In this document: positions 24,023-37,774 of the stretch, one piece after another | How the letters are laid out: each line of letters starts with the position of its first letter | How positions within the stretch are numbered: the stretch's first letter is position 1 | Origin: Podarcis pityusensis | Lineage: Eukaryota | Direction: 5' to 3' (one strand) | Length of the DNA: 64,000 nucleotides | NCBI GenBank assembly: GCA_964106645.2 | Contig: OZ067045.1 | Made by a program: the position numbers and the translations under genes | The notes under the pieces: model-generated | Seen by the model: the letters and a program-made list of their open reading frames with translations, nothing else | Database searches by the model: none | What the model was told of the DNA's origin: nothing

Positions 24023-24175
24023 CTCTGTGTACTCTTTGTAGCCCTTGCTAGCTTCAGCCAAGCTCTCGCGTGCCTCCTTGCTGCCAGGTGAACCAGCTGT
24101 GTAGGCCTTGACCATGTTGTGAGCTCCATCCCGAAGCCGCCGCTGGATGCAGTAGGCCTCGTAAAGCTCATCTAT
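24023..24175 (-). CDS. RIPOR1: RIPOR1 exon [25 protein letters not shown]
   Basis: 153 nt, AACAG acceptor, GTGAGT donor, phase 0 to 0. Confidence 0.95.
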
Positions 24176-24770
24176 CTGTTAGGAAGTAAACCACAGAGCT
24201 AGGATGATGGGCTGTAGGGGATGCTTGGCAGAAAGTTTGGTTGCCACAAACCCAGATCAGTGGAAGCATTCAATAGGGTCTCAAATTTCAGTGGCACCCT
24301 GTGTGAACCCAAAATTGGTATGTCCCCCCCCCCCACTTCCATTCAACATCAAAGTTGTAGCCGCCCCTGAGGCTCTGCGCCCAGTGTGACCGAACCAGCC
24401 ACACTTCCCTAAATCCTCCTCTGCTCCCACCATAAAGCAAAGGTGGAAAACCTATGGCATTCCCACTGTTACTGGACTCCCATCAGGCCCAGCTAGCATG
24501 AGTAAAGGTCAGGAATGATGGGAGCTGGGACCCAGCATAACCTAGAGTGCCACAGTTTCCCCACTACAGATATGAAGTGTTCTAGGGAACACAACAGACT
24601 GCTTTGCTTGGAACGTCGGTCCCCTACATAGCTATCTGCCTCACGGCGAGACTATACAAAATGAGCAAATATATACAAACATACTTAAATTGCATAATAT
24701 TCAAAGGTAACAGAGTTCAGCTTTTCTCAGGGCAGAAATTCTGTTTTACAAGCTGAGAAGCAGCTGGTAC

Positions 24771-24824
24771 CTTGCTAGCGTGAAACTCCAGACGGCGCAG
24801 AAACCGCTCAATTGACTTGACTTG
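24771..24824 (-). CDS. RIPOR1: RIPOR1 exon QVKSIERFLRRLEFHASK
   Basis: 54 nt, CACAG acceptor, GTACCA donor, phase 0 to 0. Confidence 0.95.
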
Positions 24825-26832
24825 CTGTGAGACAATAAAAGGAAATCCCATTAGACAGGAATTGGAAATCCGACTGACTAAGTAGTGAAGGTCCCAGAAA
24901 TCCTTTACGTTCCCAGCTTGCCCAAGAAAGGATTGGGGTCTTTCCATTTGCAATAGATGTCGTATTGGTGCTTACAGGCTAAACTGATTCCTTTGCTGAT
25001 CTGTTTTAGAGCAACAAGTTCCTGATATGTATCTTCATTGGCAAAAGAACAGTATTTAAAGCTAGGCAGATATAGCCTAGCTCAGGTTAATCACTGGGCA
25101 ACTGGCCAGGGTCCTTCCATCTGGCTGCTGTTCTATGGGCAAGAGGAAGTCATTCAGGGTTGAAAGGCAGGGGTAGGAGAAACTGGCAAAGTTGCTTTCT
25201 TTTAGGCACCAAGCAAAAAGCTGGTTGGTTTGCTCCCACTTTCAATGCTTCCCTCCTACTTTTAACAGAAAGCACATCTTAAAAACATGCTACTCCTTTT
25301 CTTTTTTAAAATCCATCAGATTAGAGGCCATCACTACATCATATCAGATATGCCCATGAAAAGAGAAGTTCAAGTCAGCAGACTGTAAATAAAAAGGAGG
25401 CCTGGAAGTGCTCATTTTCTTCTCTCATTTTTTAACTCAAAATTTCGGAACCACACATCTGCCCTCCTCTGCCTGCCCAAATGCAGCATCCTTTCACCAG
25501 GCAAAGCTGACCCCCAAAGAGAAAGCTCATTTCCTGTGCTTTTTGTTGCTTGGGGCAGAGTGCAGGATGCATATAAGTTGTAATGAGGACTAGCCCATGG
25601 CTGTTTCTCTCCCAGTCACCACATTTAGCAAATATACTGGTTTCCTTGATGTCAAGCACTGGGAAGAAAAGAGATTAGAAACTAACTATGAAACTTCATC
25701 ATTTTGACGTTATTATTATTTTGAGATTTCATTATCTATTTAAAAGATAAATTAACTACCCCTTTTCCTTATGTTTCTAGCATATTTATTTTTTATTTTT
25801 GCCTTCAGTTCCTCAAGGAAACTTCTTGGAAAAGAGCAGCTTCAGCCAAGGCATGCCTGAGTTAAAACTGAAAAAACTGCCCCCTTGATTTCTTTATGTT
25901 CTCCCGGCCCCACAACCAGAAGTTTCTGCTGCAGCTAATACACAGACTAACCTCAGGCTGGAGATAGGCAAATAGTTTTTATAAGAGAGTTGCAACTGGC
26001 TCAAGAGAGATTTCGCAAGGTATTTACCTAATGGTATTTCTTTTATTCACTTCATGTCTCACCAAACAGGTTTTGCATGTTTTTGAAACAATGCAAAGTC
26101 TTGCAAGAACTGTTTATCAGATGCAAAAGAGCAGGATAGGGTGTTTACATCCACTCTTTTGTAGACGATCCTACTCTTTTGATATGAAAGTAGCAATACC
26201 TGTCTTGGAACCACTTTCCACCCCTCTCCAAGGTGGGGAAGTTATCATCTGCTCCACTATAAACCAAAAGCAACCTCAAAGGCTGCCAGTCTGAGCAAAG
26301 GAAGGGCCAGCAGGGTGCAGGAGAAACTGCTTGACTCTTTAGTCTATAGCCATTGTACAAAGCTCAAAACGGACCTCCCCAAGCTTCTTCCCCCACCCCC
26401 AGGATATCTTCCCCTGCATTTGAGAAAGCAGCTGAAGAGATCAGAAATGCAGGATTAAGCATTCCTTCATTCCCCTCTTCTGCTTTTGATTATGACTTCC
26501 AAGGCAGCTTTTAAATTAAAGAGAAACACCAGTGAAGAGAGATGCAGAACTCCTGCGTCACATCTAGTTTGGCTCTTAAGGCAGTTGGCCAGCAAAACAA
26601 AGGATTCAGGAAGTGACATCTGAAGGAAAGCAGCAGAAGCAGCAGGAGAGAAGCATCACTGAAGTCAAGTAACTTGACTTTCTGTGCTAGCAAAGGCAGG
26701 GATAAGAGATGCAACCCAAGGCCCAGAAGCTTCAATGTCTTGCATCCAAGCGATACAGAACTCAACGGGTTGGCAAGCCCTCCCCCACCCGCAATCCATG
26801 GCAAGCACAATTTCCTTCGCGGCATGCCTTAC

Positions 26833-26856
26833 CTTATCAAGATCGTACAGAAAGCC
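26833..26856 (-). CDS. RIPOR1: RIPOR1 24-nt micro-exon GFLYDLDK
   Basis: CTAG acceptor, GTAAGG donor; fills the exact gap between NSRL and QVKS. Confidence 0.93.
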
Positions 26857-27474
26857 CTAGAGGAGAAAACAAGGAGAAGGTGAAGGTTAGGCAGAGGTCA
26901 GAAAAAAATGATTGCTGAATACACAGCCCTGCTGGATTAGACCAAAGGCCTACTTAGTCCAACATCCAGTTTCCCACAGTGGCCGGCGAGATGCCTATGG
27001 TAATACCACAAGCAGAACATGAATGCAGTAGCCCTCTCCTGCTTACGATCACCAACAAGTTGTATTCAGTAGCACACTGCATCCCATATTGGGAGATAAA
27101 ATCCATTCATCACAGATCAGTTGCTACTGTTATCCTTCTCCCCGATGAAGTTGTCGAACACCATTTTCAAGTTGGTGGCCAGCACCAACTGTTCCCAAAA
27201 AGCATGTACAGTATATGTGTCCCAAGAACTGTCGTCTGCCCCATAGCTCTAGGGAAGCACCCTCAGGATCAGAACTGTTGAGAGGCTACAAACATGGCAG
27301 AAGCCAATGCTGAGTGAGAGGGCAAAGGCTCCAAAACAAACAGTACCAGAAGGCTCCTTCCCTTCCCTGACCTGTCACAGTCTCTCTACTATTGCCAGTC
27401 CTGCACTCTGGGGAGAATGAAGTGCATACACTGAGGGCAGGAATGCTTTTAGTTGGCACCAACCCTCCACTCAC

Positions 27475-27553
27475 CAGTCGAGAATTCCTCTTGGACTCGC
27501 GGATTTGGGTGCTCAGCTTCTCCAGCTCCAGCTGGTGCACCTCCAGATAAGCA
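27475..27553 (-). CDS. RIPOR1: RIPOR1 exon AYLEVHQLELEKLSTQIRESKRNSRL
   Basis: 79 nt, AACAG acceptor, GTGAGT donor, phase 2 to 0. Confidence 0.95.
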
Positions 27554-28337
27554 CTGTTAGGGGAGAAATGGGGTAAGCAGAAGCAGCAGGACTCTTCCCC
27601 TTTAAGTAAAGAGATATGGGGAGACAGCATCCTGACCACTCTTTCAAACTTCTACAGGATGTTATCCTTGGCAGCAAGGACCCAAACAGAATCCTTGCTT
27701 CCAGATTCCCAGGAGGCTGTGCCCAGTTCAGCTGTGTCCAGCAGAGCTTTCGGTTCGCCAGCTTCACTGAGAAGGCTACTGGTATAGACTAAGGTTTAAG
27801 CAAACATACTGTGCTATTTGCCTGCATGTACCCTCACCGACTCAAACATACTTTGTGGAGAGTTGGTGGGGAGAGGGAATATGCAGGCACGTAGTTCATT
27901 GTTGTGTGGGAAGAAATATTATACTGTATGTGTATAGAGGGAGGCAGGGCAAAAAACTATCCCACCCTCCACAGGCCAGTTTTTACAGGTGGGAGAGGTC
28001 TGAGAAAGTTGGTTGGGGCTGATGGGAGTTGTAGTCCAAAACATCTGGAGGACACTGGGCTGGCAAAGGCTGGGGCATACACATGTTAGTTATGGTTATG
28101 GTTAGTGTTTGTTATGATCACTGGGCAGCTGGCGCCCCACCCCGTTGAGATCTGGGTTCTATCTACCACTGTTGGGTTTGTACTGCTAGTGAGTTTGCAT
28201 TCCAACATTCATTCTAGGGAGCCTCAAACATCAACATGTGATAGAAAGATGGCATTAAACAATTTTCAATGAAACAGGCACCTCCACCCCAAGCCACAGG
28301 TTAAGAGGGTGGGACTTCTGGCAGCAGCATCACTCAC

Positions 28338-28490
28338 GTCAGTCCCTTCTTCAGTGCTTCATACACTTCGTCGAGTCGCTCCGGCTGGGGCACCTTGGGT
28401 GGAGGGGATTTGTGGGACATTGAAAACATCCTACTGACCCTGGAGCCAGACTTCCTGGAGACCGTTGGGGTGCTGAAGGCAGGGAAATTC
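28338..28490 (-). CDS. RIPOR1: RIPOR1 exon NFPAFSTP..KVPQPERLDEVYEALKKGL
   Basis: 153 nt, TTTAG acceptor, GTGAGT donor, phase 2 to 2. Confidence 0.95.
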
Positions 28491-31400
28491 CTAAAAAAAT
28501 AAAAATAAAAATCCTCAAGCAAAGTATGACGTCGTGGAGCAGGGCTGACTCTTAAAACAATGGAGTGAGTGTACCCATGTGTGGGGGAGAGCTTTGACTC
28601 ACAGTGCAGAGCACCTATCACAAAAATACATGCACTCAGGAGGAAGCTTTCCACACTACTGCTGCTGCTTAGAGCGAATGCTGAAAGCACAGAAAATGCT
28701 AAAAAACCAACCCACAGTAAAGATCATTTTCCCACGCTTTATACCCTGAAAGTGGGTCACTCGGACTGCATGAACCGGATCTCCTATTGTAATATGGACT
28801 ACCAGGAACAAAAGGGGAGGGGGAGAACCACAGAGCACCAGCAACTCTGCACAGTGCCATTTGGAAGTGCACTTCTAAACCCTTTAAAGTATATGTCCAG
28901 CAGGGAACAGCATGCAGCACTTCACAAATGCTATCCTAAGGAAGATGCTCCTTACTCAAAGAGTAGTGCACATGCCTGAGTATTGTCACAACTCAGATCA
29001 GATTGTTTTGGTAGAGTCACTCGAGTATTCCCTGTACCCTAGTATATGGGTAAGGAACTTGATCTGTCCAGTGGGCCAGATCCTTATTTATCCTATCCTA
29101 GCAGGCCAAATCTGGCAGGTGAGCAGGGTGCCCCAACTGTCCAATCATCAGGACTTCAAAACAGTACACAGGGCTTGCAAATTCTCTGAAGTACCACTGA
29201 TTAGGAGGGTTAATCAGCTGATGGGCAACAACTCCAAGCCTGCTTTTTGCAGATATCACCTGCATGATGGAGTTCTGCATGGGGAAGTTGGTTTACAGCT
29301 GATTCAGCCACGATTCTACCTGCCCCATACCTAACATGACATATGTTGTCAGATGTGGGGAAGGAGTTCATGGTTTGAGAGAAATAGTGCATGCCAAATT
29401 GGAACCTGCGCCAGGACAAATTTGGCCCACAGGCTAAAGACTGCCCATCTTGCCCTAGCGTATAACTGAAGAATCACAATGAACTCCTGACTCTTGAATT
29501 TCATTCCCTCTTCTTCTCTCTTCCAGCTAAAATTAAACCCTGTTTTCTCTCAAACATGTGCTAAATTTGATTCTAAGCAACACTGACTAGTTTAGTGGGC
29601 ATGGCTGTTACTGTTAAATTGATCCCTGCACCCCCTAGAATAATTGTTTTATTCAGGCTCCAAATTCTTGCTGCCAGATTAATATCCCATGCTATTTTGG
29701 GAGTTACTGGTCAATCTTTTATTGCTACAACAGGAGCAGGGAACCCTTAGCCACCCATATGTTACTGAACTACAGCTTCCACCATTCCTGACCACTGACC
29801 ATTCTGTGGCCGGGGCTGATGGGATCTGGAGTCCATAAACAACCAGACAGCCACAAGTTCCCCATCCTTGTGCTGCAGGAATAGTCCCAAGTCTAGAAAT
29901 TGTGCATCTTGCTGGGAGGACTGGAACTAAGAAGGATGCCTTGCTGTTAGGAAGCCTTAGACAGCTGACCATGACAGCATGTCTTCTGCAGTAACAGATA
30001 ACGAGTAGGGAAGTACATGCTTATCACGTTCATGACATTTTTGCTCCTGACAGAGGTAAGAAGGAAGAATGGACAAGTGTTGATTGCAAAGGAACATAGG
30101 AAGCTGACGTAGCAGGTCAGACTGTAAGTCTGTTTAATCTGGTACTGTCAACCCTCATCTGTGGCAGCTCTCCACAGTCTAGGCAAAAGCCTTCCACCTC
30201 ACCTGCTATTTTATCCCTCCAACTGGGGGTGGCAGGAATTGAACCTGGGATGTTCTGCACACAAAGCGTGCTTTCTAGCAGTAAGCTGCGGTCTTTTCCA
30301 GGAACAGACCGGGCAATAGTAAAGAATCCCAGATACAGTAGGTTGTGGGTGAAAAGCCCAGTAAACCTGGACATAAGCAGCACCATGCTAGCAGCTGAAG
30401 ACCAGCACTCATTAAGAAGTTCAGAGGAGACCAACAAAACAAAACAAAACCAGAACCCCAGAACAGGACAAACATGGCTAGTTGGAATTGGGGTGTGAAA
30501 GAGAGCCAAGCAGAATGGCCGAGGATTGGTTCTTAGCCCAACAGCTTCATGATCCAGCATTGGCTTTTATACTAATTTTGCCTATGGCACTTAAAGGCTT
30601 ACACCAGCCCCTGACTGGTACTCTTGAAAGACTTGGAGGCAGGTGAGGAGATGAACAGAGCAGGAGACTGAAGCCAACTGGGAGGCACTGGTACTGTACA
30701 ACATGAAGTAATATTATCTTTCAACCAACCCAATAAGCCTCTAATATGGTAGTCCTACCTAGATCTCTGTTTTTCATGGAAATAACTTGCTACCTTACTT
30801 CTATAAGTACTAGGAAGCCTGTAGCTTCTTTTCAAAGGCTTAGGTTTTTCCATGATCCTTCACAAGCAACAGTACGGTACTTTGTAGACTCCACTCCCTT
30901 CAAGGGTAAGAAACACAAAATGACTCCAACAGCTGGAATTCTGATATCAGCTCTAAACTTTCAAAACACAGCAACTGACAGAAATGAGGATTCCAAATGT
31001 CAACAGTCTCTGTGTTGAGATGGTAACCGTCGCTAAGCCAACAGGTATTGCTTCTTCGCAGATGTTCCAAGCTCACCAGCAGAAACGTGAAATGTTATAT
31101 TTGGAGCAATTCCATGCTGCAAAAATGTTTGCTGATTTGAAATACTGATTTACAGAATTGTTCTACACATTGGGGAAGCGATTAAAGAAATCTGATGTTA
31201 TGGATTTTGACACTCCTGCGCCTTCTGCCTCACCCTGACCCAAACCTAAATGTTCTAGCACTGCCCATGGGCAATAAGGGCACTGAGTATGGTGAGCTGA
31301 TGGCACTTGTTTGCAGGCCTGCCTTCCCTCTGTTTAATTACTGCAGAAACAGGAGCATTCACCATCAAGTGGAATTTCTGTTGCATCTAGCCTGGCTCAT

Positions 31401-32718
31401 TTTGGTCAGTACTTCAAGAATCCAACCTCACATATTCAAGTTCGCCAAGGAAAAAATTATCCACTTGCCAAATGTTCCTACAGGAAGAAATAAAGGGCCT
31501 TCTAACATGTGGTCGCTGTGTCTATGTTATGGACTGGCTTGTTAGTCAGATTGCATCCTACTCCTTCCTCCCACGAGAGATTCTGCTCCCGCTCTAAACC
31601 AGTGGTAATGAAACACAGAACTGTCTTAGGAGTGCATTCACTAGATAAACAAGTAGTTTTCAAGCATTCTTAAAATGGGGCAAGCATATCAACACCTCAT
31701 CACCCCACCCAACAGGTTGAAAAGGTGACTATCTACAGAGAGGAGCATCTTCTATCTGGTGAGGTTCCTTGCGCATTTCGGTGCCATACCCAGCTTTCAG
31801 AAAATGCCACCTTTTCACATGCTAAGAAGCACTCTCCACCCAGACAGCAGATACAGCCACAGATTGACTGTATGGTGAAAGAAACTATACTTCTGAAAAG
31901 CTTGGGATTCCCAAAACCCTGTGTGGGGATGCACAGCCTCAACATCAGAAATGGCTCATATGCACAGCTTGTAACTACTAGAAGCTGTGCATTCAATCTA
32001 GTGGGCCCCAGCCTGTAGAACTTTCTTTCAGCTGGGATGGGACATACAACCTTCTTGCTGAATCTCCAATGCATGACTAAAACTTTCCTGTTCCAGCAGG
32101 TATTTTAAGGTAGTGTTCAGTTTTATGATCAATTTTTATATTCCTATTTTCTGTGGATTATTTTTTTTATGTACACCACTTAGAAATTCAAATAATTAAG
32201 TGGTATGTGGATGTCTTAAATAAACAAACAAACAACATAGGGAATAATTATGGCAATTTATATAGGCAGGGGAAGCATCTCTGGAGCAAAGGCAGTGAGC
32301 GAATACTACAAAGTAAGAAGCCAGCCACTGTTCTTGCTGAAGTAATGTCCTATGTTATGAACAAAGCTGTGTGCATTTCAGCTTTGTTATTTTAAAGTAA
32401 GTATTTCATGTCCTGATGGGAATGAAGCTTAAGAACATGTGGTCAGCAGCAGTACCTCAGGAGATTTGAGGAGGCTGAGCAAGACATCCAGTTGCCAGGG
32501 GATTGCATCATTTTGCATATTCTAGCCCTTCTGCTATAACTAGCTGAAACAAAATACATTATGCACAATAAATTAAAATGTAAGTACAGCAGCATGACTC
32601 TCAGTCCTGGGTGGGATAGGAAGGCAATTAGCCATTTAGGCATCACATACCACCATTCACCTTGTTTTCCACATGCTCCAACTCCCATTTCCACCAAGGA
32701 AGCTTTTTCTGGGCCTAC

Positions 32719-32845
32719 CTGAAAGATTTGTCCTGAGTGGAGTTGACACCAGCGAACGATTGACTCCTATTGATCCTGACCACCAGGCTGCGCCGCTGGG
32801 GCCGCACTGAGAGTGACATCGTCGAGCTCCACCTGGAGGGACGCC
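32719..32845 (-). CDS. RIPOR1: RIPOR1 exon (G)RPSRWSSTMSLSVRPQRRSLVVRINRSQSFAGVNSTQDKSF; internal ATG at 32817-32819
   Basis: 127 nt, CGCAG acceptor, GTAGGC donor; frame is open from the acceptor (phase 1) through the ATG. Confidence 0.93.
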
Positions 32846-35808
32846 CTGCGGAGACAACAGAAGAGCATGGCATCAAGGACAAAGTGGGGGAGCAAAAGGA
32901 ACCATGTACAGGGAGAGGAGAGGGAGGAGGGAATCAAAGCTGCAGGAGGTGGAATGATGGTGGGAAAAGCACTTTTTATATGTAACCAAAACAACCACTG
33001 AGTCATAAGTTTATAAAAAGCGACACCCCTAATTACAATGATACACAACTTAGACTTAGCTGAGCTACAACATCTCAGAAAATGAAGAGAAGGATCAAAG
33101 TTATGATCTAGTAAGGGAGGCTCATAACCCAGCTGCCTTGCAAAGGGCTCCTGTGTAGCTCATTCCTCAACCTCCTTTTGCTAAAACACAACCTGGAATA
33201 TCAAACACACCAATCTGCCTTGTACCAAGTCAGACACATAGTTATCATTTTATTATGACAGGCAATGGCTAAGGCCTGATATCTACTGCATTCCTTTAAA
33301 CTAGAGCTGCTGGCAATCTCTTACTCTTCCACCAAGTATAGCAACACCAGGTTAGTACAGTGGAGGGTGATGTACTGGGAGGTCAGTCCACTGGTTTTGG
33401 AAGCAGTAGGACCTTGCCTATACCACTTCTCCACTCACAGCAGCTGCAGAGTCAACTGACACCCCCACAGCCTCCCCCCAAGTCAGGGCTGAAGAACCTG
33501 CAAGCCTCCAGATGTTGCTGGACAACTCGCATCATCACTGATCATGTTGTCTGAGGTTGATGGGAGCTGGAGTCCAACAACATGTGAAGGGCCACAGGTT
33601 CCCCATCCCTGCCCCAACTGCTATCCCACTCTAAGAATCTACCATGGGAATAAACAGACAAGACTGCCTTCCCTCTGTTCTAGATCCTTCAGACCAGGTC
33701 TTATTTTTGAGAGGAGGCATTGTCCCATATCAAACACTGAGTAGAGGGCAAAAGTCAAGGTGTTGCCCTATTGTCCAAGTGCTGGAAGCAACAGTCTCTC
33801 CAGAATTGGCTGTCTAAGTGTCCTTCCTTCACTCGCTTGCTGTTTACAGGAGAACTAATACAGTTGTACAAAAGGGCCATGCTTGATTTTGAAGACAGAG
33901 GTGAGGAAACTCTGGCCTGTGGGCCAAATATGGCCTCTTAGGCTTGTCAAGCCCCACAGAGGAATGCCCTATGCCCTTGAGTGCTTTTATCTGGATGGAA
34001 TGTGTACTTGAACTGTGATAATACCTCTGGCTTGCCTGGATTCTGGATGGAGATGTGTTTCATGTGTTTGGGGCTGAATATGTAGAAACCTCTGGCTTTT
34101 TTTGTAGCTGAAATGCAACTTGCTGTACAAAGGTAAGAGTCACATCCTTTGTTCCACCAACTTTCCCCACCAGCACGTGGCCCCCAGAAGTTCACCCATG
34201 GTGGAATGTGGCCCTCAGGCTAAACAAAGTTCCTCACTTCCGAGAGGAAACCCATCTCTTGTTGCAACTGTTCACCTTAGGGATTTTTAGTGGAGCTTTG
34301 TAAATCAATTACAAATGTCACCAGCCTACCTATTCCCATATGTTAATCATTTGTGGCTTAGTGAAAGAGCCTGAAAGGCCAAAAAAAAAAAAAAAAAAAA
34401 AAGCAGGGGAGGGAATACACAGAACTGCCCCACACTCCAGCTGGCTATTTTCTGTACACAACAGCCTTTAGAAATCCCCAATCAACCTTGTTTCCTGCAC
34501 ATTTATTTAAATATTTATAAACCACATTCTTGGCCAAAGGTGGCACCCCAAATTATGCCAAATTCCAGAGGGTGAGCTGTGTGTGCTGCAGAAAACACAC
34601 AGTCTTGTCGCACCTTGAAGGACTGGCATATTTATATAAACCAAGATCTGCCAAGATCAGAGAGCCCACAATATCCAATTTCATAGCTTGTTGAGGACAA
34701 GAGGCAATGGTCCCTTGTCTCCTGACCCTTGGGGAACTATTTCTAGTGTCTAGAATGAAACTAAACAGAATGCTTTGGAATGTCATTTGCTTAGGTAGGA
34801 GTGGCTCAGGTTTAAGATGATTAACTCAGATTTTCAAGAATTTACCAATAGGAGGGGAGGAAACTTAAGGATAGAACTATGTAACTGGACCATTGGATTG
34901 ATATTCAGAGTTGCGTCCCTAGCCAGTTTGACTTGCAAATTTCCAATTCTTCTGCATCCACTGATTTTTAGCAGGTTGTTGTGCTGTTTTCTATAGACTA
35001 GAAATATAAATCTTCGTTGACTTCTGATTTCTTCTAGGGAGAATTATTAAAATGTTCTTGCTAGGAGCAAGAAACTATCATGGCCTGAGATGAAGGCACC
35101 AATTCACCTTGTCCAGTGATTCTTAGGACAAACTGGCCACAACCCTGATGGCTTTTAGGTTGAGCAACAAAAATGTTTATTTTCCACTTGGCTCTTGCTT
35201 TTATTGAAACTGAAGGTTTTGATTCATTCTTCCTATTTTTTAAATGTCATGTTTAACATTCAGTTTTAATTCTGTTATTGTTTAAACCGCTATTTTCTTT
35301 TCTTGCAAACTGCTAGGGTGCGTGTGTGCTAGGGCTGAACACTGTATAAAAATGTTTTTTATAAATAAAGTAAACATGTATCACAACACATTTCTCTGGG
35401 GACCAAACTGGGCCTGGTTCTCCTCAGACCCTTGCAATGTGACCATTTTTTTGCTCTCAGTTCTCATGGCACATTGTGCAGTTCTATGGCAAGGGTGGGA
35501 AAACCTTTTCAGCCTGAGGACTACGTTCCCTTATAAGCAGCCTTACAGGAACCACATGCCAATGGTGGGCAGGGACAGAGGCAGAGGTGGTGGGCCAATG
35601 AATGTTAACTTTTACCTTTGTACAGTAAGCTAGTTTCCACACACACTGACGCACAGTTCTCTATCATCTGTCCAGGCAAGCAGGAGTCATCAGAGTGCAA
35701 GGATGCATTCCAGCAGACCTCAGGTTTCCCACCCCTGATCTGTGCCTTTGACACACCTGCCCTCCAGCCCTGGCAGGCATCACCCTCCACATCACAAGGG
35801 AGGGACTA

Positions 35809-36014
35809 CAGTGATACCTCACGTTAAGAACTTAATTCGTTCTGGAGGTCCGTTCTTAACCTGAAACTGTTCTTAACCACTTTAGCTAATGGGGCTTCCC
35901 GCTGCCACTGCACAATTTCTGTTCTCATCCTGAAGCAAAGTTCTTAACCCGAGGTACTATTTCTGGATTAGAGGAGTCTGTAACCTGAAGCGTCTGTAAC
36001 CTGAGGTACCACTG
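35809..36014. mobile_element. Tigger/mariner-like MITE, copy 1
   Basis: TIR CAGTGATACCTC / GAGGTACCACTG, TA TSD; homologous to 50112-50337 and 53631-53853. Confidence 0.85.
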
Positions 36015-36030
36015 TACTTATACCCTACAG

Positions 36031-36234
36031 CAGAGCTTTCAAAACTGTGTCATGACACGTTAGTGTGTCGGCTGCAGTGTGTAGGTGTGTTGTGTGAACG
36101 ATCCCCACGCTCTTCCCAGGGCTGCAAAGAGGTTAGTTTAACCTCTGGTTTGCTAGTAAAACTGAATTACTGTGTTGCAAAATGATGCATGTCTAAAAAG
36201 TGTGCTACCAATATGAAAAGTTTGGAAAGCTCTG
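36031..36234. mobile_element. hAT-type MITE
   Basis: TIR CAGAGCTTTCAAAACT / AGTTTGGAAAGCTCTG; perfect 8-bp TSD CCCTACAG at 36023-36030 and 36235-36242. Confidence 0.85.
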
Positions 36235-37667
36235 CCCTACAGAGTCTGCCAGGCAGTCTCTCAGTTCACACTGTCAAGCTCTTCTAGGCCCAAAGGATCT
36301 CAGAAGAACTCAAAGCCCTTCGGATGCTAGCTGCTTGACCAAGCGATTGCCACCAACTTGCAGGCAGAGTCAAGGAGTCGTCAGGGCCTAAACACAAGCC
36401 TCTGGCTTTGGGATCTCCTTCTAAAGAGGCCAAGACTAGCACCAGCATTGTACTCTTTTCAGAGCCAGATTAATATATATTTTTTAAACTGTTCAGTCTT
36501 CAAAAATTTTACAGTATGGTTTTAGGTGGCTGAATACTTCTTTGGTTACAACCTCTGTTGTTTTATTATACTGCTCTGATTTTTACTGTTTATTTTTAAT
36601 ATTGTAGTGATATTTGCAGTTTTTATGTAAATTTTTCTGGAATCCATGTCTGGGTGAAGCTGCAGTTTAGATATAATGAATGAATGAATTAATGGTCCTT
36701 TACACAGAAAGGGATGAATCAACCATTGAGGCCTGTCTCAACACAAGACGAGCACATGCCAAGTTCCAGCCCAAGAAACATCTCCTTTCCCTTACATGGT
36801 TTGACAGGAGACAACTTGGACCTGTCAACACAGGCAGTAGTATGAGATGGTATAGCTGACTGTACCAATTTAGAATCAAGATGGAGTATATTACACTCCC
36901 CAAATAAAAACCCACCCTTCAAAGAGAGGTGAGGAGGAACCTGCCACAGCAAGAAGAAAAGATTCTTGCCCTATCAGCAAGCTGTTATACAGGCAGCGAC
37001 CATTTTGTGTGAAGGTTCTGTTCCTGGCACCCATGCATGTGTAAGCCTGCCCTGTTACTCCCTGTTCCAGGTCCAAAAGAACTCATGTGTTGGTGCTTAC
37101 TTGGAGGATGTTTTCCACATAAAAATGTGATCCACTCCCTGAACTCTGAAATGGTACAGTTCATGCTCTCATCTCAGTGCTCAACTATACATGAGGCAAA
37201 GCAGGCCTCAGAGCCAACCTACCACCCCACAATGCAAACCAGGAAAAACTCAGGAAAGCCTTTTAAAAAAAGTATCACATTTCTATCCCAACCATCACAC
37301 AGGGTTGAATATATGCTATGTGTCCCCATCTTCTCATTTTGTGCTCACAACAGACTGGTGAGGTAAGTACACAGAGATTTTGACTCAGTCAGCCAGTGAG
37401 CTTAATGGATGATTTCAGCCCAGGTCTACCCGGTCCAACGGTGTACGCAATACAATCACAGTCCTTCAAACCCGAATCTCAGACAGGTCCTTAACAATCT
37501 CTCTCTTGAGGACAAAATGTGAAGGCATCACAGCTGCTCATGATTTCCTCAGAGCACCCTTTCCAACATAGGTGGAGTTACAGATAGGTAGCCGTGTTGG
37601 TCTGCCATAGTCAAAATAAAAAAAACCCTTCCAGTAGCACCTTTAAGACCAACTAAGTTAGTTCTTG

Positions 37668-37705
37668 GTATGAGCTTTCGTGTGCAAGCACACTTCTTCA
37701 GATAC
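37668..37705 (-). ncRNA. Minimal type I hammerhead ribozyme motif, sense to the RIPOR1 pre-mRNA
   Basis: Exact reverse complement of 37737-37774. Confidence 0.65.
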
Positions 37706-37736
37706 CTATCTGAAGAAGTGTATCTGAAGTATCTAC

Positions 37737-37774
37737 GTATCTGAAGAAGTGTGCTTGCACACGAAAGCTCATAC
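37737..37774 (+). ncRNA. Minimal type I hammerhead ribozyme motif
   Basis: GUAU-CUGAAGA-A-GUGUG(CUUG)CACAC-GAAA-GC-UC/AUAC: stem I GUAU:AUAC, intact core, stem II with CUUG tetraloop, palindromic AGCU stem III. Predicted cleavage after 37770. Confidence 0.65.
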
